A DNA stretch of 50,800 bases from Vicugna vicugna. Taxonomy: Eukaryota. The notes under the pieces were generated by a model. The model saw nothing but the letters and a program-made list of their open reading frames with translations, had not been told where the DNA came from and searched no databases. Made by a program: the position numbers and the translations under genes. Shown here piece after piece: positions 25,036 through 40,000 of this stretch (the stretch's first letter is position 1; each line of letters opens with the position of its first letter). Location: the NCBI GenBank assembly GCA_013265495.1, contig MU057981.1, positions 268,006 to 318,805 of the forward strand, read 5' to 3'.

Positions 25036-27718
25036 AAGTTAAAGATTCACAAAAAGTATTTACCAAATAGTTAATAAATGATAAAGAGATCTTGATTTTT
25101 GTTTTAATGCAATGAAATGTAACTCGTTTCAGCATATGCCAGTAAAACAAGACACTGTGGAGAACAAGCAAAACAGAGATTGTAGAACAGAGACCCAAAA
25201 CATCCTCTTCTCCAAGGCACAGGAGGAAAGCCGTCACTCTACGTGCCAAGGCTGGAGTCACATGGTCTCCCTGTTTTCCTTGTCTTGGGTTGTGTTTTGT
25301 TTCCAGCCTTGGGAAAAAATGGATAAGACTGCTGGTCAAATCATTTCAGGAGTAGCTTAGATCGTGTAGAACCCCTGTCTCTTCCTTTCCTCTGCCTCCT
25401 GGAATGTTCTGACACAATTAATCAGTCCAGCCTTCTAAATTGAGCAAATGGAGCTCAATCAATCTGATTTTAGACAGAGTTAAGAAATAGACATTAAAAA
25501 GAATAACTAGGAAATCTTTTCTTCCAGAGGTCATTGCACACATGAAATAGGAGAATATCTGTGTATCACTCTGTAAACACTAAGAACAATACAAACAATA
25601 GTAGTACTGATTCTATGTCACATTCATCAAAAAAGGAAAACAGAACAGTGTTCTACCAGAAGGAGAAGGTGCTTTGCAATTTTCTGTCACTTTAATTCTT
25701 CAAAAGTTTCTATAAATTTGATGTCTTTAAAGAAATCAATTCACATTAGGGACTAATTTTAATTCCTTCATCTCCCCCTGTTTAACAGATATCAAGAATG
25801 ATACCATTTCTAGATATTTCATTTAGGAAAGCCTTCGGTATACATGAGGCATAGAGCATGACCAATTGTCAGTATAACTCAGGATAGGAAACCCATGTTT
25901 GATACCCGAACTTGAAGACATGAAGAAAATGCCTGGCATGTCCCACTGACTTTTCAAGCTATTCTTTTTCAAACACTTGTTTCTTCTTGGTACAGAACAG
26001 ACCCGCATTTGTTGATGTGAGGCTCTTTAAGTGAAAAGGTCAACCCATCATTACCACTTTAGAGACTGAAATCTTACCCTCCTCATCAATGTGGACATAG
26101 AATCCTTACTGATTCCTAACATGAAAAATGACCACCGATGACATCTCAGGATGCTCCAATGCAGAGGTTCTCTGTTGCAGTGAGGAGGAAATAGCCGTGT
26201 GCTTCAAGATGTCCTTACTGTCTGTAGCTCACTTGGCAGGACACTGCAACTTGTCTAAGCTGAAACTTAAATGTGGAAAATAGAGACAACATCCAAGGCA
26301 AAGCACATTTGGAAGCTAATTCCTTGGCCCCACTTCATCCCTTCTCATGAGCCTTGGACAATACCTTGAGAAAGGCAGCAACATGGTACTCAACTCATCT
26401 AAAAGCTGCGCCTCCTACTAATCGACAGTAAAGCAAGTGTCATCTGGCTCAACAGATCTCCCTGTGTCTCTACAGTGTACGTCTAATTTTTCTTTATTTT
26501 CTCCATTGGGGGACACTCCTTTTTTGAAAATCCCCCCCCCCCCGCATTAGAAGTTCTTAGATTCCCAATCAGAATGCAGGCTTGAAGGGGGGACAACAGA
26601 GCTGACAAAACATAGATCAGTATTTATTCCTTGAAATATTTTTGGCACATGGACTAAAAGTCATTGGGTCAGTTGAACATCAAAATCATATCTAATTTAC
26701 ACAATTGTCAACTGTCAATTTACTACAAGTTCCTGAATCAGTCACGTGGTCACTAGGTTTTTTTCCTTCCCTTGACCCATGGATTCGGTGATTTCTCCCC
26801 AGACACAATAGCTTTTTGAAGAGAAGTCTGTTTCACGTTTTGCTTTTAAGCTAAACTTGCGTGCTTGACCCTGACTTCACTCTAACATTCACAGAAAGCT
26901 ATCCAAGGACACCCCCTTTTGACATCATCTCTAGATGTCTTGAATACACTGCTGAGCTGATTCTTCCAGATCATTAAAATATATATGCACATTATCCTGT
27001 GGTCCTCTTCAATTTGTGGTGTTTTCAGTAATCGTTACCTCCTTGAATACTTTATTACATATTTAGCATTTCTTTATCCAATTTAGTTACATTAGTATAT
27101 AAATTTTCAAAAGAACTGGTTTCTCAAAATGATGATATTTAACATCTATGGTCTATTTTAAATCAAGTAATTCAAGAAGGTTGTCAAGGACAGCAGTGTA
27201 GTTTGTGTGTGGTGATTGCTGCTTCAGAGTCTCCAGTCCTGCCCCATGATCTTGCAGGTGTTTACACATCCTTGTCAATGTCATCATGTCAGTCTATTAG
27301 GAGCTGAAATTAAACTACCTGGATGCTAATTTTTCTTTTTAAAAACAATAAACTCAAGTTCCCCTACTAATTCTTTATTGTTTCTCATACTGAGGCTCAC
27401 CACTTTTCCTAATATATATATTTGGTGGGGGGGGCACAGCCCTGAAAGCCTTCAGACAGCACCAACCCTATAAGAGTAACCAGAGGTGGCTGTGGATGTT
27501 GTGTGACTTCAGCCACTGAGCATGAGCACCTGCTGTCCCTCCAACTGTTCTGCCTCCATTGCTGACAGTCCTGAAGGTCACTGCCTCTTGTAAAATTCTA
27601 CAAAATTATAGTTCATATATTTTTAAAAGGTATAAAATTGTGAAAGTCCTCTGCTGTTTGTGTAAAATGGGGTGTACTTGCCTTTGCTCATTTCAGGCTA
27701 AACTAACTCCAGAAGGAG

Positions 27719-27750
27719 ACACACACAAACACACACACACACACACACAC
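27719..27750. repeat. (AC)n microsatellite with one interruption
   Basis: ACACACACAAACACACACACACACACACACAC seen directly. Confidence 0.95.
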
Positions 27751-28340
27751 GCAGTTCTGAGTGCCCCCAAGGAAAAGTTTGAAAGGCTTCGGGAGAGTGG
27801 TGTAAATCAAACCTTTGGAAGTTTGAGCTCTGTGAAAGCATCACTTATTCAGAAATTAAGCATTATAATTCTAGAGGAAGAGAATCAGAATCACCCACAA
27901 GATACTTACTGGAATTTTTTTAAAGAAACTATCTTCCCTAAAATCCAATGATAAATCAAATATCCATGGAAAGAAAATAGATCAGTAATATCAAGCAATA
28001 ATTTCTACACTATTGCTGATTAGCCTTCAGTCCCAACCAAAGGACATAGAAACAAGACAACTGGAGATAAAGAGATGGAAAAGAGGTATTAAAAAGCAAG
28101 AATATAAAAGAAGTAGTGGCCTTATGGAAACCTGCTCATTTTCTATGAAATAATTACTTGGTTAAAAGAACTCAATCATGAGTATCTGGAAATGCATCAA
28201 GAGGAAATCTAGCAGGGAATAGAAGCAGAAGCAGGCCTCAGTTTTCTCTGAGGCTGCTCCTAAATGAAAAAAATTTCCTTGGTTTCCAGAATTGACAACC
28301 TGCATGGTTCCCTTAGCAGAAGAGTGAGGAGGAGAGAAAA

Positions 28341-31051
28341 CTGAATGTGTGTGCAAACCGTCCTTCACCAACCCTGTTGGAACACAGAATTTTGGTGTTA
28401 GGGGCACTGACCAACCTATAAGTATAAGAGAAGGAACAAGCTCTAACAAGTTTTTTGAGCAAAAAATGCATTTAGCTTTAAACCTACTCTAGGAAACATG
28501 CTGAGAAATCATGGTAAGTGCTTGAGGTGTAGCCTTGCTGTTTAGGTTAGATAAAGGAATGTTTCCCCACATGTACCATTTTGGGAACGGAATTTGTGTG
28601 GAAGCCTCCTCCACTAAGGTTTTTGGAAACCCAGAGTTTCTGCCCACGGGGAATTAGGCTAGTTACATATCTAAGGGGAGGCAAAAACTCCAGGGCGCTT
28701 TTCCATTGCAAACCACTTTTACCTGAGACTGGCTTTAAGAATCATGCTGAGAAATCAGAGTGTCTCTACATGTCACTCTACCTTTTATACTGGATGAAAG
28801 AACGCCTCTCCACATGTTCACTTCTGACATCTCAATCTGTGTGGAAGCCATTGTAAAACTAGATTTTTGGGAACATAGAGCTTCTGTCTTAGAGCATCTA
28901 CACTACTTACATATGTAAGGGGAGGCATGAGCTCCAACACGGTTATCCACAGCAAACAGCTTTTACTTTGGAACCGGCGTTAGGAAACATTCTAAGAAAT
29001 CAGAGAATGTGTGTCTAGAATTCCCTCTGTCTTTTATGCTGGATGAAAGAACGCCTCTCCACATGCTCACTTCTGACATCTGAAATTGTGTTGGAGACGT
29101 CCTTCACCTACCTTCTTGGAAAACCAGAATTTCTGGTCTAGGGGAACTATGCTACTAGCATATCTAAGGGGAGGCAATGGCTCCAATTCGTTTCTCCACA
29201 ACAAAACACTTTTACTTTGAAACTGGCGTTAGGAAATAGGCTGATAAATCAGAGAATGTGTTTCTAAATGTCACTCTGCCTTTTATGCTGGGTGAAATAA
29301 CACCTCTCCACATGCTCTAATTTCAGGTCTGTATGTGTGTGGAAGCCCACTGTCACCTAGCTTGTAGGAAACTTAGAGTTCCTGAACTAGGGAACTATAC
29401 TGCTTTCATATATATGGGGATTATTAGTACCAACTCGGTTTTCCACTGCAAACAACTTTTCTTTGAAACCGGCTTTCAGAAACATGCTGAGAAATCAGAG
29501 TAAGTGTTTCTGTATGTCACCTTTAATGCTGGATGATAGAATGCCTCAGCACATGGTCACTTTTGACATAAGTAAGTGTGTTGGAGCCGTCCTTCACCTA
29601 ACTTCTTGGAAAGCCAGAGTCTCTGGTCTGGGGGACATACGCAATTTAAATATCTAAGGTGAAGCAATCGCTGCAATTGTATTTTCCACAGCAAACAACT
29701 ATTACATTGAAACCGGCCCTTGGAAACATGAAAGAAATAAGAGAATGTGTTTCTACATTTCATTCTGCCTTTTATGACGGATAAAAGAACGCCTCCACAC
29801 ACACTAAATTCTGACGGTTGAATGTGTGTCAAAACCATCAATCACCTAGCTTTTAGGGAAGACACAGTTTCCTTAGAGTGGGTAACAAGAATATATACAT
29901 ATATATGGGGAGGTACTAGCTCCAACTCGGTTTTACAGTGAAAATTACATGAACTTCATACCAGCACTAAAAAACCATAAGAGATATCAGAGTATGTCTT
30001 TCTAATGCTATCCATTTCTTTTATGCTAGATGAATGAACAACTCTCCGCAGCACATTTCTAGAGATGAATGAGTCTGAAAGCAATCAATTAACTAATTTG
30101 TCAGGAAAACACAGTTTCTTTTGAGTGGGGAACCACACCACATATATATGTATGGGGAGGAATAGCTACAATTCAGTTTTACACTGAAACAGCATGAATT
30201 TCAAAATGGAATTAGGAAAACAGACGGAGAAACCAGAGTATGTGTTTCAAATACAAACCATTCCTTTTATGCTAGATGAACGAAAGTCTCTCCACATGCA
30301 AAATTCTGAGACTTAAGTGTGTGTGAAAGCCATCAATCACATAGCTTGTTGGGAACACACAGATCTGTTTCAGTCAGAAAATTCACTACATACATATATA
30401 TGGGGAGGTACTAGCTCCAAATACGTTTTAGAGTAAAAGTTACATGAACTTAAAACAGGTACTAGGAAAACATACTGAAAAATCAGAATAATTCTTTATA
30501 CTAGAAACCACTCAGTTTATGCTAGATGAATGAACGTCTCTCTACATGCTCAATTCTGACATTTAAGAGAGTGGGAAGTCAAAAATCCACTAGCTAGTTG
30601 GGAACATATACTCTTTTCAGTGGGTATCTACACTACATATGTATATATGTGAAGGTACTAGAACCAATTCTGTTTTATAGAGAAAATTCCATGAACTTCA
30701 AACCAGCAATAGGAGACAAAATGAGAAACCAGAGTAAGAGTATCTACTGCAACCCATTCCCTTTAAGCTAGACGAATGAACGTCTCTCCACATGCTCAAT
30801 TCTGAGAGTTAAGTGTGTGTGAAAGCCGTCAATCACCTAGCTTGTTAGAAACACACAAATTCTTTTCACTGGGAAAGTACATTACATACATACATATGGA
30901 GGGGTACTAACTCCAACACGGTTTAACAGTGAGAAATACATGAACTTCAAACCGGCACTAAGAAACATACTGAGAAAACAGAGTAAGTGTTTCTACTGCA
31001 ACCCATTCCATTTATGCTAGATGAACAAACGTTTCCAAACATACACAATTT
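28341..31051 (-). repeat. ~249-bp satellite, about 11 monomers, inverted relative to the main array
   Basis: Anchor CACATG or a close variant recurs at 28811, 29060, 29309, 29550, 30293, 30543 and 30789. The 30781-31030 unit is the reverse complement of the main-array monomer. Confidence 0.93.
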
Positions 31052-31053
31052 AG

Positions 31054-34000
31054 GGTAAAACCGAGTTGGAGCTACTACATCCCCATATATATGTATGTAG
31101 TGTAGATTCCCATGAAAAGACAGTATGTGTTCCCAACAAGCTATGATATTGTCGGTTTTCACACACACTTAACTCTCAGAATTGAGCATTCATTCATTTA
31201 GCTTAAAGGGATAGTTTGATAAAGAAACACTTAATCTTGTTTTTAAGTATATTTCCTAGAGCCGGTTGGAAGTTTATGCAGTTTTGAAAGTAAAACCGAG
31301 TTGGAAATAGAGCCACCCCATACATATGTATGAAGTGTAGTTTCCCAATGAATAGAAAGTGTGTGTTCCCAACAAGCAAGGTGATATACAGGTTTCACAC
31401 ACACTTGTCTCTCAGAATTGAGCATGTGGAGAGACGATCATTCATCTAGATTAAAGAGAATGGGTTGCACTTGAAAAAGTTACTCCGGCTTCCCATTATC
31501 TTCCCTAATGCGGGTATGAATTTCATGCGGTTTTAACGGTAAAACCGAGTTGGAACTAGTACCTCCCAATATACATGAATGTAGTACACATTTCCACTGA
31601 AAATAATGTGCGTGTTCCCAAACAGGAAGGTGATGTATGGCTTCAACACACACTTAAATGTCAGAATTGATCATGTGGAGAGATGTTCGTTTATGTAGCT
31701 AAAAGGGAATGGATTGCAGAATAAACACTTACACTTGCTTCTCAGTATGTTTTCTAGTACCGGTTGTATGTTCATGAAGTTTTCACGATAAGACACAGAT
31801 GGAGCTGGGACTTCCTCATATATATGTATGTAGTGAAGTTCCACACTGAAAAGAAATCTTGTATTCACAAAATGCTAAGTGAATGACGTCGTTCAAACAC
31901 ACGAATCTCTCAGAACTGAGCATGTGCAGAGACGTTCATCCATCTAGCAAAGAGGGATTGTGATCCAGTAGAAACACTTAAACTGGTTTCTCAATCTGTT
32001 CCTTACTGCCGGTTTGAAGTTCCTGTAGTTTTCACAGTAAAACCGAGATGGAGCTAATACTTTCCCATATATACGTAAGTACTCAAGTTTCCAACTGAAA
32101 AGAAATATTGTGTTCCCAACAAACTAGGTGAAGGACGGCTTTCACACCCAATTATCTCTCAGAAATGAGCATGTGGAGAGAAGTTCATTCATTCAGCACA
32201 AAGGGAATGGTTTGCAGGAGAAAAAATTAATCTGGTTTCTCAATTTGTTTCCAAGTGCCGGTTAGAAGCTCCTGCAATTTTCTCGGTAATATCAGGCTGG
32301 AACTAGTACCTCCCCTAATATATATAGGTAGTTTATATAAAACTGAATAGGAAATTTGTGTACCCAAAGAGCTAGGTGAAGGATAGCTTTCACACACTCT
32401 TATATCTCTGAACTGAGGAAGTGGAGAGACGTTCGTTCATCTAGCACAAAGGGAATGGTTTGCGGGGAAATACTTACTATGTTTTCTCAGTCTGTTTCCT
32501 AGTGCCGGTTTGACGTTCCTGCATTTATCTCTGTAAAACCGAGTTGGAGCTAGAACATCCCATAAATATGTATGCAGTGTTCATTTCAACTGAAAAGAAA
32601 TTTTCTGTTTCCAACAAGAGAGGTGAAGGAAGGCTTCCACATCCACTAATTACCCCGAACTGAGTATGTGGAGAGACATTCGTTCGTCAAGCACAAAGAG
32701 ATGGTGTTGCACGAGAAACACTTACTCTGGTTTCTCAGTATGTTTCCTAGTGCCGGATTGAATTTCCTGCAGTTTTCAATGTAACATTATTTTGGAAGTA
32801 ATACCTACACATATATAATTACATAGTATAGTTTCCAACTGAAAAGAAACTTTGCGTCCCGTACAAGATGGGTGAAGGACGGATTTCACACCCACTTACC
32901 TTCCAGAACATAACATTTGGAGAGACATTCGTTCATTAATTACAAAGGGAATTGTTTGAAGGAGAAACACTTACTCTGGTTTCTCAGTGTTTCCTAGAGT
33001 CGGTTTGAACTTCCTGCAGTTTTATGGGTAAAACCGTTTCGGAATTGGTACCTCCCCATATATACGTAGGTACTTTAATTAAAACTGAAAAGAAACTTTG
33101 TGTATCCAATAAGGTAGGTGAAGGACGGGTTTCACACACACTTATCTCTCAGAACTGAGCATGTGGGCAGACATTTGTTTATGTAGCACAAAGGGAATGG
33201 TTTGCAGAAAAATACTTACTCTGGTTTCTGAGTCTGTTTCCTAGTGCCGGCTTGACGTTCCTGCATTTATCTCTGTAAAACCGAATTGGAGCTAGACTCT
33301 CCCATAAATATGTATGTAGTGAAGTTTCAAACTGAAAAGAATCTTTGTGTTCCCAGCAAGCTTGGTGAAGGACGGTTTCACACACATTTATCTGTCATAA
33401 CTGAGCATGGGGTGAAACGTTCATTCATCTAGTACCAGGGGAACGGTTTGCAAGAAAAACACTTACTCTGGTTTCTCAGTCTGTTTCCTAGTGCCGGTTT
33501 GAAGTTTCTGAATTTTCACTGTAAAACCGAGTTTGATGTAATACCTCCCCATATATATGTATGAAGTGAAGTTTCCAACAGAAAAACAAATTTGTGTTCC
33601 CAACAAGCTAGGTGAAGGAGGGCTTTCACACATTCTTATATCCCAGAACTGAGAATGTGGAGAGACGTTCATTCTTTTAGTAGAAAGGAATTGGTTTCAG
33701 GAGAATCACTTACTGTGGTTTCTTACTTTGTTTCCTAGTGCCGACTTGAAGTTCCCAAACATATCACTGTAAAACCGATTTCAAGCTAGTACCAAGCCAT
33801 ATATATGTATGAATTTTTTTCTAACTGTAATAAAGATTGTGCCCCAACAAGCTATGTGAAGGACGGCTTTAACACCCACTTATCAATCAGAACTGAGCAT
33901 GTAGAGAGACGTTCGTTCATCAAGCACAAAGGGAATCAGTTGCACGTGAAACAATTTCTCTGGTTTCTCAGTATTTTTCCAAGTGCTGGTTAGAAGTTCC

Positions 34001-37000
34001 TAGAGTGTTCACTGTAAAAAGGAGTTGGAGCTAGTACCTCCCTTTATATATGTACATATTGAAGTTTCCAATTGAAAAGAACCTTTCTGTTCTCAGCAAG
34101 CTAGGATAAGGACGGCTTTCACACACACATATCTCTCAAAACTGAGCATGTGGTGAAACGTTCTTTCACCTAGCCCTAAGGGAACTGGTTGCAGGAGAAA
34201 CACTTATTCTGGTTTCTCAGTCTGTTTCCTAGTGCCGGATTGAGGTTCGTGCAATTTTCTCTGCAAAACCAATTAGGAGATTGTACCTCTCATATATATG
34301 TATGTAGTGTTATTTTCAACCCAAAAGAAAGTTTGCATTCCCAACAAGCTAGGTGAGAGTCAATATTAACACTCACATTTCTCTCAGAAATGAACATGTG
34401 GAGAGACGTTCATTCATTTAGCACAAATTATATTGTTTATAGGAAGAGACTTACTCTGAATTCTCAGTCTGTTTTCTAGTACTGGTTTTAAGTTCCTGCA
34501 ATTTTCACAGTAAAACTGAGTTAGATCTTATACCCCCCCCATATATATGTATGTAGTGACATTTCCAACTGAAAAGAAATTTGTGTTGCCAACAAGCTAG
34601 GTGAAGGATGGCTTTCAGACACGCTTATCTCGCAGAAATGAGCGTGTGAAGAGACGTTTGTTCTTCCAGCACAAATTGATCATTTTGCAGGAGAAACACT
34701 TACTCTGTTTTCTCAGACTGTTTCCTAGATCCGGTATGAAGTTCCTTCATTTTTCACTGTAAAGCCGAGTAGAAGCTTGTACCACCCCATATATATGTAG
34801 GTAATGTAGTTTCTACATAAAAAGAAAATTTGTGTTCCCTAAAAGCTATGTGAAAGACGGCTTTCACACACACTAATCTATCAGACTGAGCATGTGGAGA
34901 GACGTTCCATAATCTAGCACCAAGGGAACGGGTTGCAGGAGAAACACTTACTCTGGTTTCTCAGTCTATTTCCTAGTGCCAGTTTGAAGTTCCTGCCGTT
35001 TTCACAGTAAAACCGAGTTGGGGCCAGTGTAAACCCATCTATATGTATGTAGTAGGGTTTCCAACTGAAAAGAATATTTGTGTTTCCAACAAGCAATTTG
35101 AAGAGCAGCTTTTACACAAGCTTGCTCCGAGAACCGAATATGTGGAGAGACGTTCGTTCATCTAGCCTTAAGGGAACTGGTGGCAGGAGAAACACTTTTT
35201 CTGGTTTCTCAGTGTGTTTCCTAGAGCCAGTTTGAAGTTCCTGTAGTTTTCACTGTAAAATCGGGTTCGAGCTAATACCTCCCAATATATATGTATGTAG
35301 TGTATTTCCCAACTGAAAAGAAACTTTGTGTTCCCAACTAGCTAGGAGAAGAATGGCTTTCACCCACACTTATCTCTCAGATTTGAGCATGTGGAGAGAC
35401 GTTTGTTCATAGCACAAAGGAAATGAGTTGCAGGAGAAACAATTGCTCAGGTTTCTTAGTCTGTTTCCTAGTGCCGTTTTGAAGATCGTGCATTTCTCAC
35501 TGTGAAACTAAGATGGAAATAGTACCTTCCCATATATATGTATGTACTGTTGTTTGCAACCGAAAAGAAAGTTTGTGTTCCCAAAAAGCTAGGTGAGGGA
35601 CGGTTTGAACACAAAATTTTCTCTCAGAACTGAGCATTTGGAGAAACATTCGTTCATTTAGCACAAAGGGTATTGTTTATAGGAAGACATATATCCTGAT
35701 TTCTCAGTCTGTTTCCTAGTGCCGGTTTGAAGTCCCTTCACTTTCCTGTATAACACTGAGTTGGAGGTAGTTCCACCCCATATATATGTATGTATTGTAG
35801 TTTCAAACTGAAAACAAACTTTGTTTTCCCAACAAGCTAAGTGAACGACGGCTTTCACATACACATATTTATCAGAACCGAACATATGGATAGAAGTTCA
35901 TTCATCTAGCACAAAGGGAAATCTTTGAATGAGAAAAAGTTACTCTGATTTCTCAGTTCCTTTTCTAGTGTCGGTTTGAAGTTCCCACATTTTACACTGA
36001 AAAAGCGCGTTCAAGCTAGTACCACCCCATATATACATATGTAGGGTAGTTTCTAAATAAAAAACCCAATTGTTTTCCCTAAAATCTAGGTGAAGGACGG
36101 CTTTCACACAAAATTGTATCTAAGAACTGAGTATGTGGAGAGACGTTCATTCTTTAGCACAAAGAGAATGGATTACTGGAGAAACATTTATTCTGTTTTC
36201 TCAGTTTATTTCCCAGTGCCGGTTTGACGTTCCTGAAGTTTTGTCTGTAAATCCGAGGTGGAACTATTACCAGTCATATATATGTATTTAGTGTTTTTTC
36301 CAACTAAAATGTAACTTTATATTCCCAACAAGATAGGTGAAGGACGGCTTTAATACCCACTTATCTATCAGAAGTGAGCATGTGGAGAGACGTTCGTTCA
36401 TCTAGCACCAAGGGAACGGTTTTCAGGAGAAACACTTACTTTGGTTTCTCCGTCTGTTTCCTAGTGCCGGTTAGAAGTTCCTGCAGTTTTCACAGTAAAA
36501 CCGAGTTGGAGTTAGTACCTCCCCATATATATGTACATAGTGGAGTTTACAACTGAAAAGAATGTTTGCGTTCCCAACAAGGTAGATGAAGGACGGCTTT
36601 CAAACACACGTATTTCTGTGAACTAAGGAAGGGGATATACGTTCCTTCATTTAGCACAAAGAGAACATTTGGAAGAAGAAACAATTTCTCTGGTTTCTCA
36701 GTCTGTTTGCTAATTCAGGTATGAAGTTCCTGCGGTGTTCACTGTAAAACGGATTTGGAGCAAGCACCTCCCATTATGTATGTACGTACTGGGGATTCCA
36801 ACTGAAAAGAAACTTTGTGTTCCCAAAAAGCTAGTTGACGGACGGCTTTCACAAAAACTTATATATCAGAGATGAGCATGTGTAGAGACATTCGTTAATT
36901 TAGCCCAAAGGGAAATGTTTGCATGGGAAAAAATTTACCCTGGTTTCTGAGTCTTTTTCGTAGTGCCGGTTTGAAGTTACAGCAGTTTTCACAGTAAATT

Positions 37001-40000
37001 CATGTTGGAGCTAGTACTTCATATATATATATATTCTTTATTTTCCAACTGAAAATAAATTTTGCATTCTAAACAAGCTAGTTGAATGACGGCTTTCATA
37101 CACTATTATATCTCAGGTGTTGGCTTATAGTAAGACATTTGGTCATCTAGCACAAAGGGAACGGGTTGAAAGAGAAACACTTAAACTGATTTCTCATTCT
37201 GTTAACAAGGTTCGGATTGAATTTCCTGCAGTTTTCACTGTAAAATGGACCTTGAGCTGTTAACAGAACATATATATGTATGTAATGGATTCCCAAATGA
37301 AAAGAAAATTTGTGTTCCCAACAAGTTAGGTGAAGGAAGGCTTTCACACTCACTTATCTCTCAGAACTGAGCATGTGGAGAGACGTTCGTTCATCTAGCA
37401 AAAAGGGATGGGTGGCAGGAGAAGCACTTACTCTGGATTCTCAGTGTGTTTCCTAGGGCTGGTATGAAGTTCCTGCTGTTTTCACTATAAACATGAGTTT
37501 GAGCAAATAACAGCACATATATATGTATGTAATGGGATTTTCAAATGAAAAGAAACTTTGTGTTCCCAACAAGTTAGGAGAAGGAAGGCTTTCACACACA
37601 TTTATATCTCAGAAGTGAGCATGTGCAGAGACTTTCATTCATCTAGGACAAAGGAAAAGGGTATCAGGAGAAACATTTACTCTGGTTTCAGAATGTGTTT
37701 CTTACTGCCGATTTGAAGTACCTGCAGTTTTCACTGTAAAACTGTGTTTTAGCTACCAATTCCTCATATATATGTATGCAGGGGTGTTCCACACTGAAAA
37801 GAATCTTTGTGTTCCCAACGAGCTAGGTGAAAGACGGTTTTCCCACAAACTAATCTCTCAGAACTAAGCATGTGGAGAGACGTTCGTTCATCTAACGCAA
37901 AGGGAACGTGATGCAGGAGAAACACTTACTCCACTTTTTCAGTGTGTTTCCTAGTGCTGGTTAGAAGTTCCTGCAGTTTTCATTGAAAAACGGTGTTTTA
38001 GCTAGTAACTCCTCATATATAGTATGTAGGGGAGTTCCTAAGTGAAAGGAAACTTTGAGTTCCCAACAAGCTTGGAGAATGATGGCTTTAACACACACTT
38101 AACACTCAGAACCGACCATGTGGAGAGACTTTCACTCATCTAGCACAAAGTGAACGGGTTGCAGGAGAAACACTTTCTCTTGTTTCTTAGTCTGTTTCCT
38201 AGTTCCGATTTGAAGTTCCTGCACTTTTCACTTTAAAAACGAGTTTGAGCTAGTAAGTCCACATATAAATGTATTAGTGGAATTTCCAACAGTAAAGGAT
38301 CTTTGTTTTCCCAACAAGCTAGGTGAAGGACATATTTCACACACAATTATTTCACAGAATACAGCATGAGGAGAGACGTTCGTTCATCTAGCCCAAAGGG
38401 AATGGGTGGCAGGAGAAGCACTTACTCTGGTTTCTTAGTGTGTTTCCTAGGGCCGGTATGATGTTTGTGCACTTTTCACTGTAAAATCGAATTTGAGCTA
38501 ATAACCGCACATATATTTGTATGTAATAATATTTCCAACTAAAAAGAAACTTTGTGTTCCCATCAATCTAGTTGAAGGACGGCTTTCACACACACTTATA
38601 TCTCAGAACTGAGCATGTGGAAGGAGTTTGTTCATCAAGCACAAAGGGTAAGGGTTGCAGGAGAAACTCTTAGTCTTGTTTTGGAATGTATTTCTTATTG
38701 CCGGTTTGAAGTTCCTGCAGTTTTCACCATAAAATCGTGTTTGAGTTTGTAACACCTTATATATGTGTATGAAGTGGAGTTTCCAAGTGAAAAGAAACAT
38801 TGTGTTCCCAACAAGCTAGGTGCAGGACAGCTTTAACACAAAATTATCTCTCATAACTGAGTATTTGGAGGGACGTTCATTCATCTAACACAAAGGGATG
38901 GTGTTGCAGGAGAAAGAATTACTATGATATTGTCAGTGTGTTTCCTAGTGCCGGTAAGAATTTCCTGAAGTTTTCACTGTAAAATGGAATTGGAGCTCGT
39001 AACACCACATATATATTTATGTAGTGGAATTTACAAATGAAAAGAAAACTTTGTGTTCCCAAAATGCTTGGTGAAAGATGGGTTTTACACACACATATGT
39101 CTCAGAACTGAGCATGTGGGGAACGTTCTTTCATCTAGCACAAAGGGAACAGGTTACAGGAGAAACACTTTCTCTGGTTTCTTAGTCTGTTTCGTAGTTC
39201 CGGTTTGAAGTTCCTGCAATTTTCACTGTAAAACCGAGTTCGAGCCAATAAATCCACATATATATGGGTGTAGTTGACTTTGCAACTGAAAAGAATCTTT
39301 GTGTTCCCCTACAATCTATATGAAGTATGGCTTTCACACACACTTATTTCTTAGAACTGAGTGTATGGAGAGGCGTTCGTTCATGTAACACAAAGCGAAC
39401 GGGTTGCAGTAGAAACACTTAATCTAGTTTCTTAGTCTGTTTCCTAGTGCCGGTTTGAAGTGCCTTCAGTTTTCAATATAATACCGAGTTTGAGCTAGTT
39501 ACTGCACATATATATATATATATGTAACGGAGTTCCCAACTGAAAATAAATTATGTGTTCCCAAAAAGATAGGTCAAGGAGGGCTTTCACACTCACTTAT
39601 CTCTCAGAACTGAGCATGTGGAGAGATGATTGTTCATCCAGCACAAAGGGAACAGGCTTCAGGAGAAACAGTTATTCTGATTTCTCAGTCTGATTCCTTG
39701 TGTCGGTTTAAAGTTCCTAAATTTTCACTGAAAAATCAGTTTTAGCTGGTAAATCCATATTTATATGAATGTAGTGCAGTTTCCAATTGAAAACAATCTT
39801 TGTGCTCTCAACAAGCTGGGTGAAGAATGACTTTCACACACACTTACCTCTCAGAACTGAGCATGTGGAGAGACTTTCGTTCATCTAGCACAATGGGAAC
39901 GGGTTGCAGTGGAAGCACTTACTGTGTATTCTCAGTGTGTTTCTTAGTGCTGGTATGAAGTTCCTGCAGTTTTCACTGTAAGCATGAGTTTGAGCAAGAA

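Noticed and set aside
27780..28120. Possible ancient L1/HAL1 ORF1 remnant (IIILEEENQ...FKETIFPKI)
   Set aside because: Similarity is too weak to call by eye.
36389..36420. Possible CENP-B box around GACGTTCGTTCATCTAGC...AACGG(G)
   Set aside because: TTCG and CGGG are too far apart and the invariant A of TTCG-N4-A-N2-CGGG is missing.
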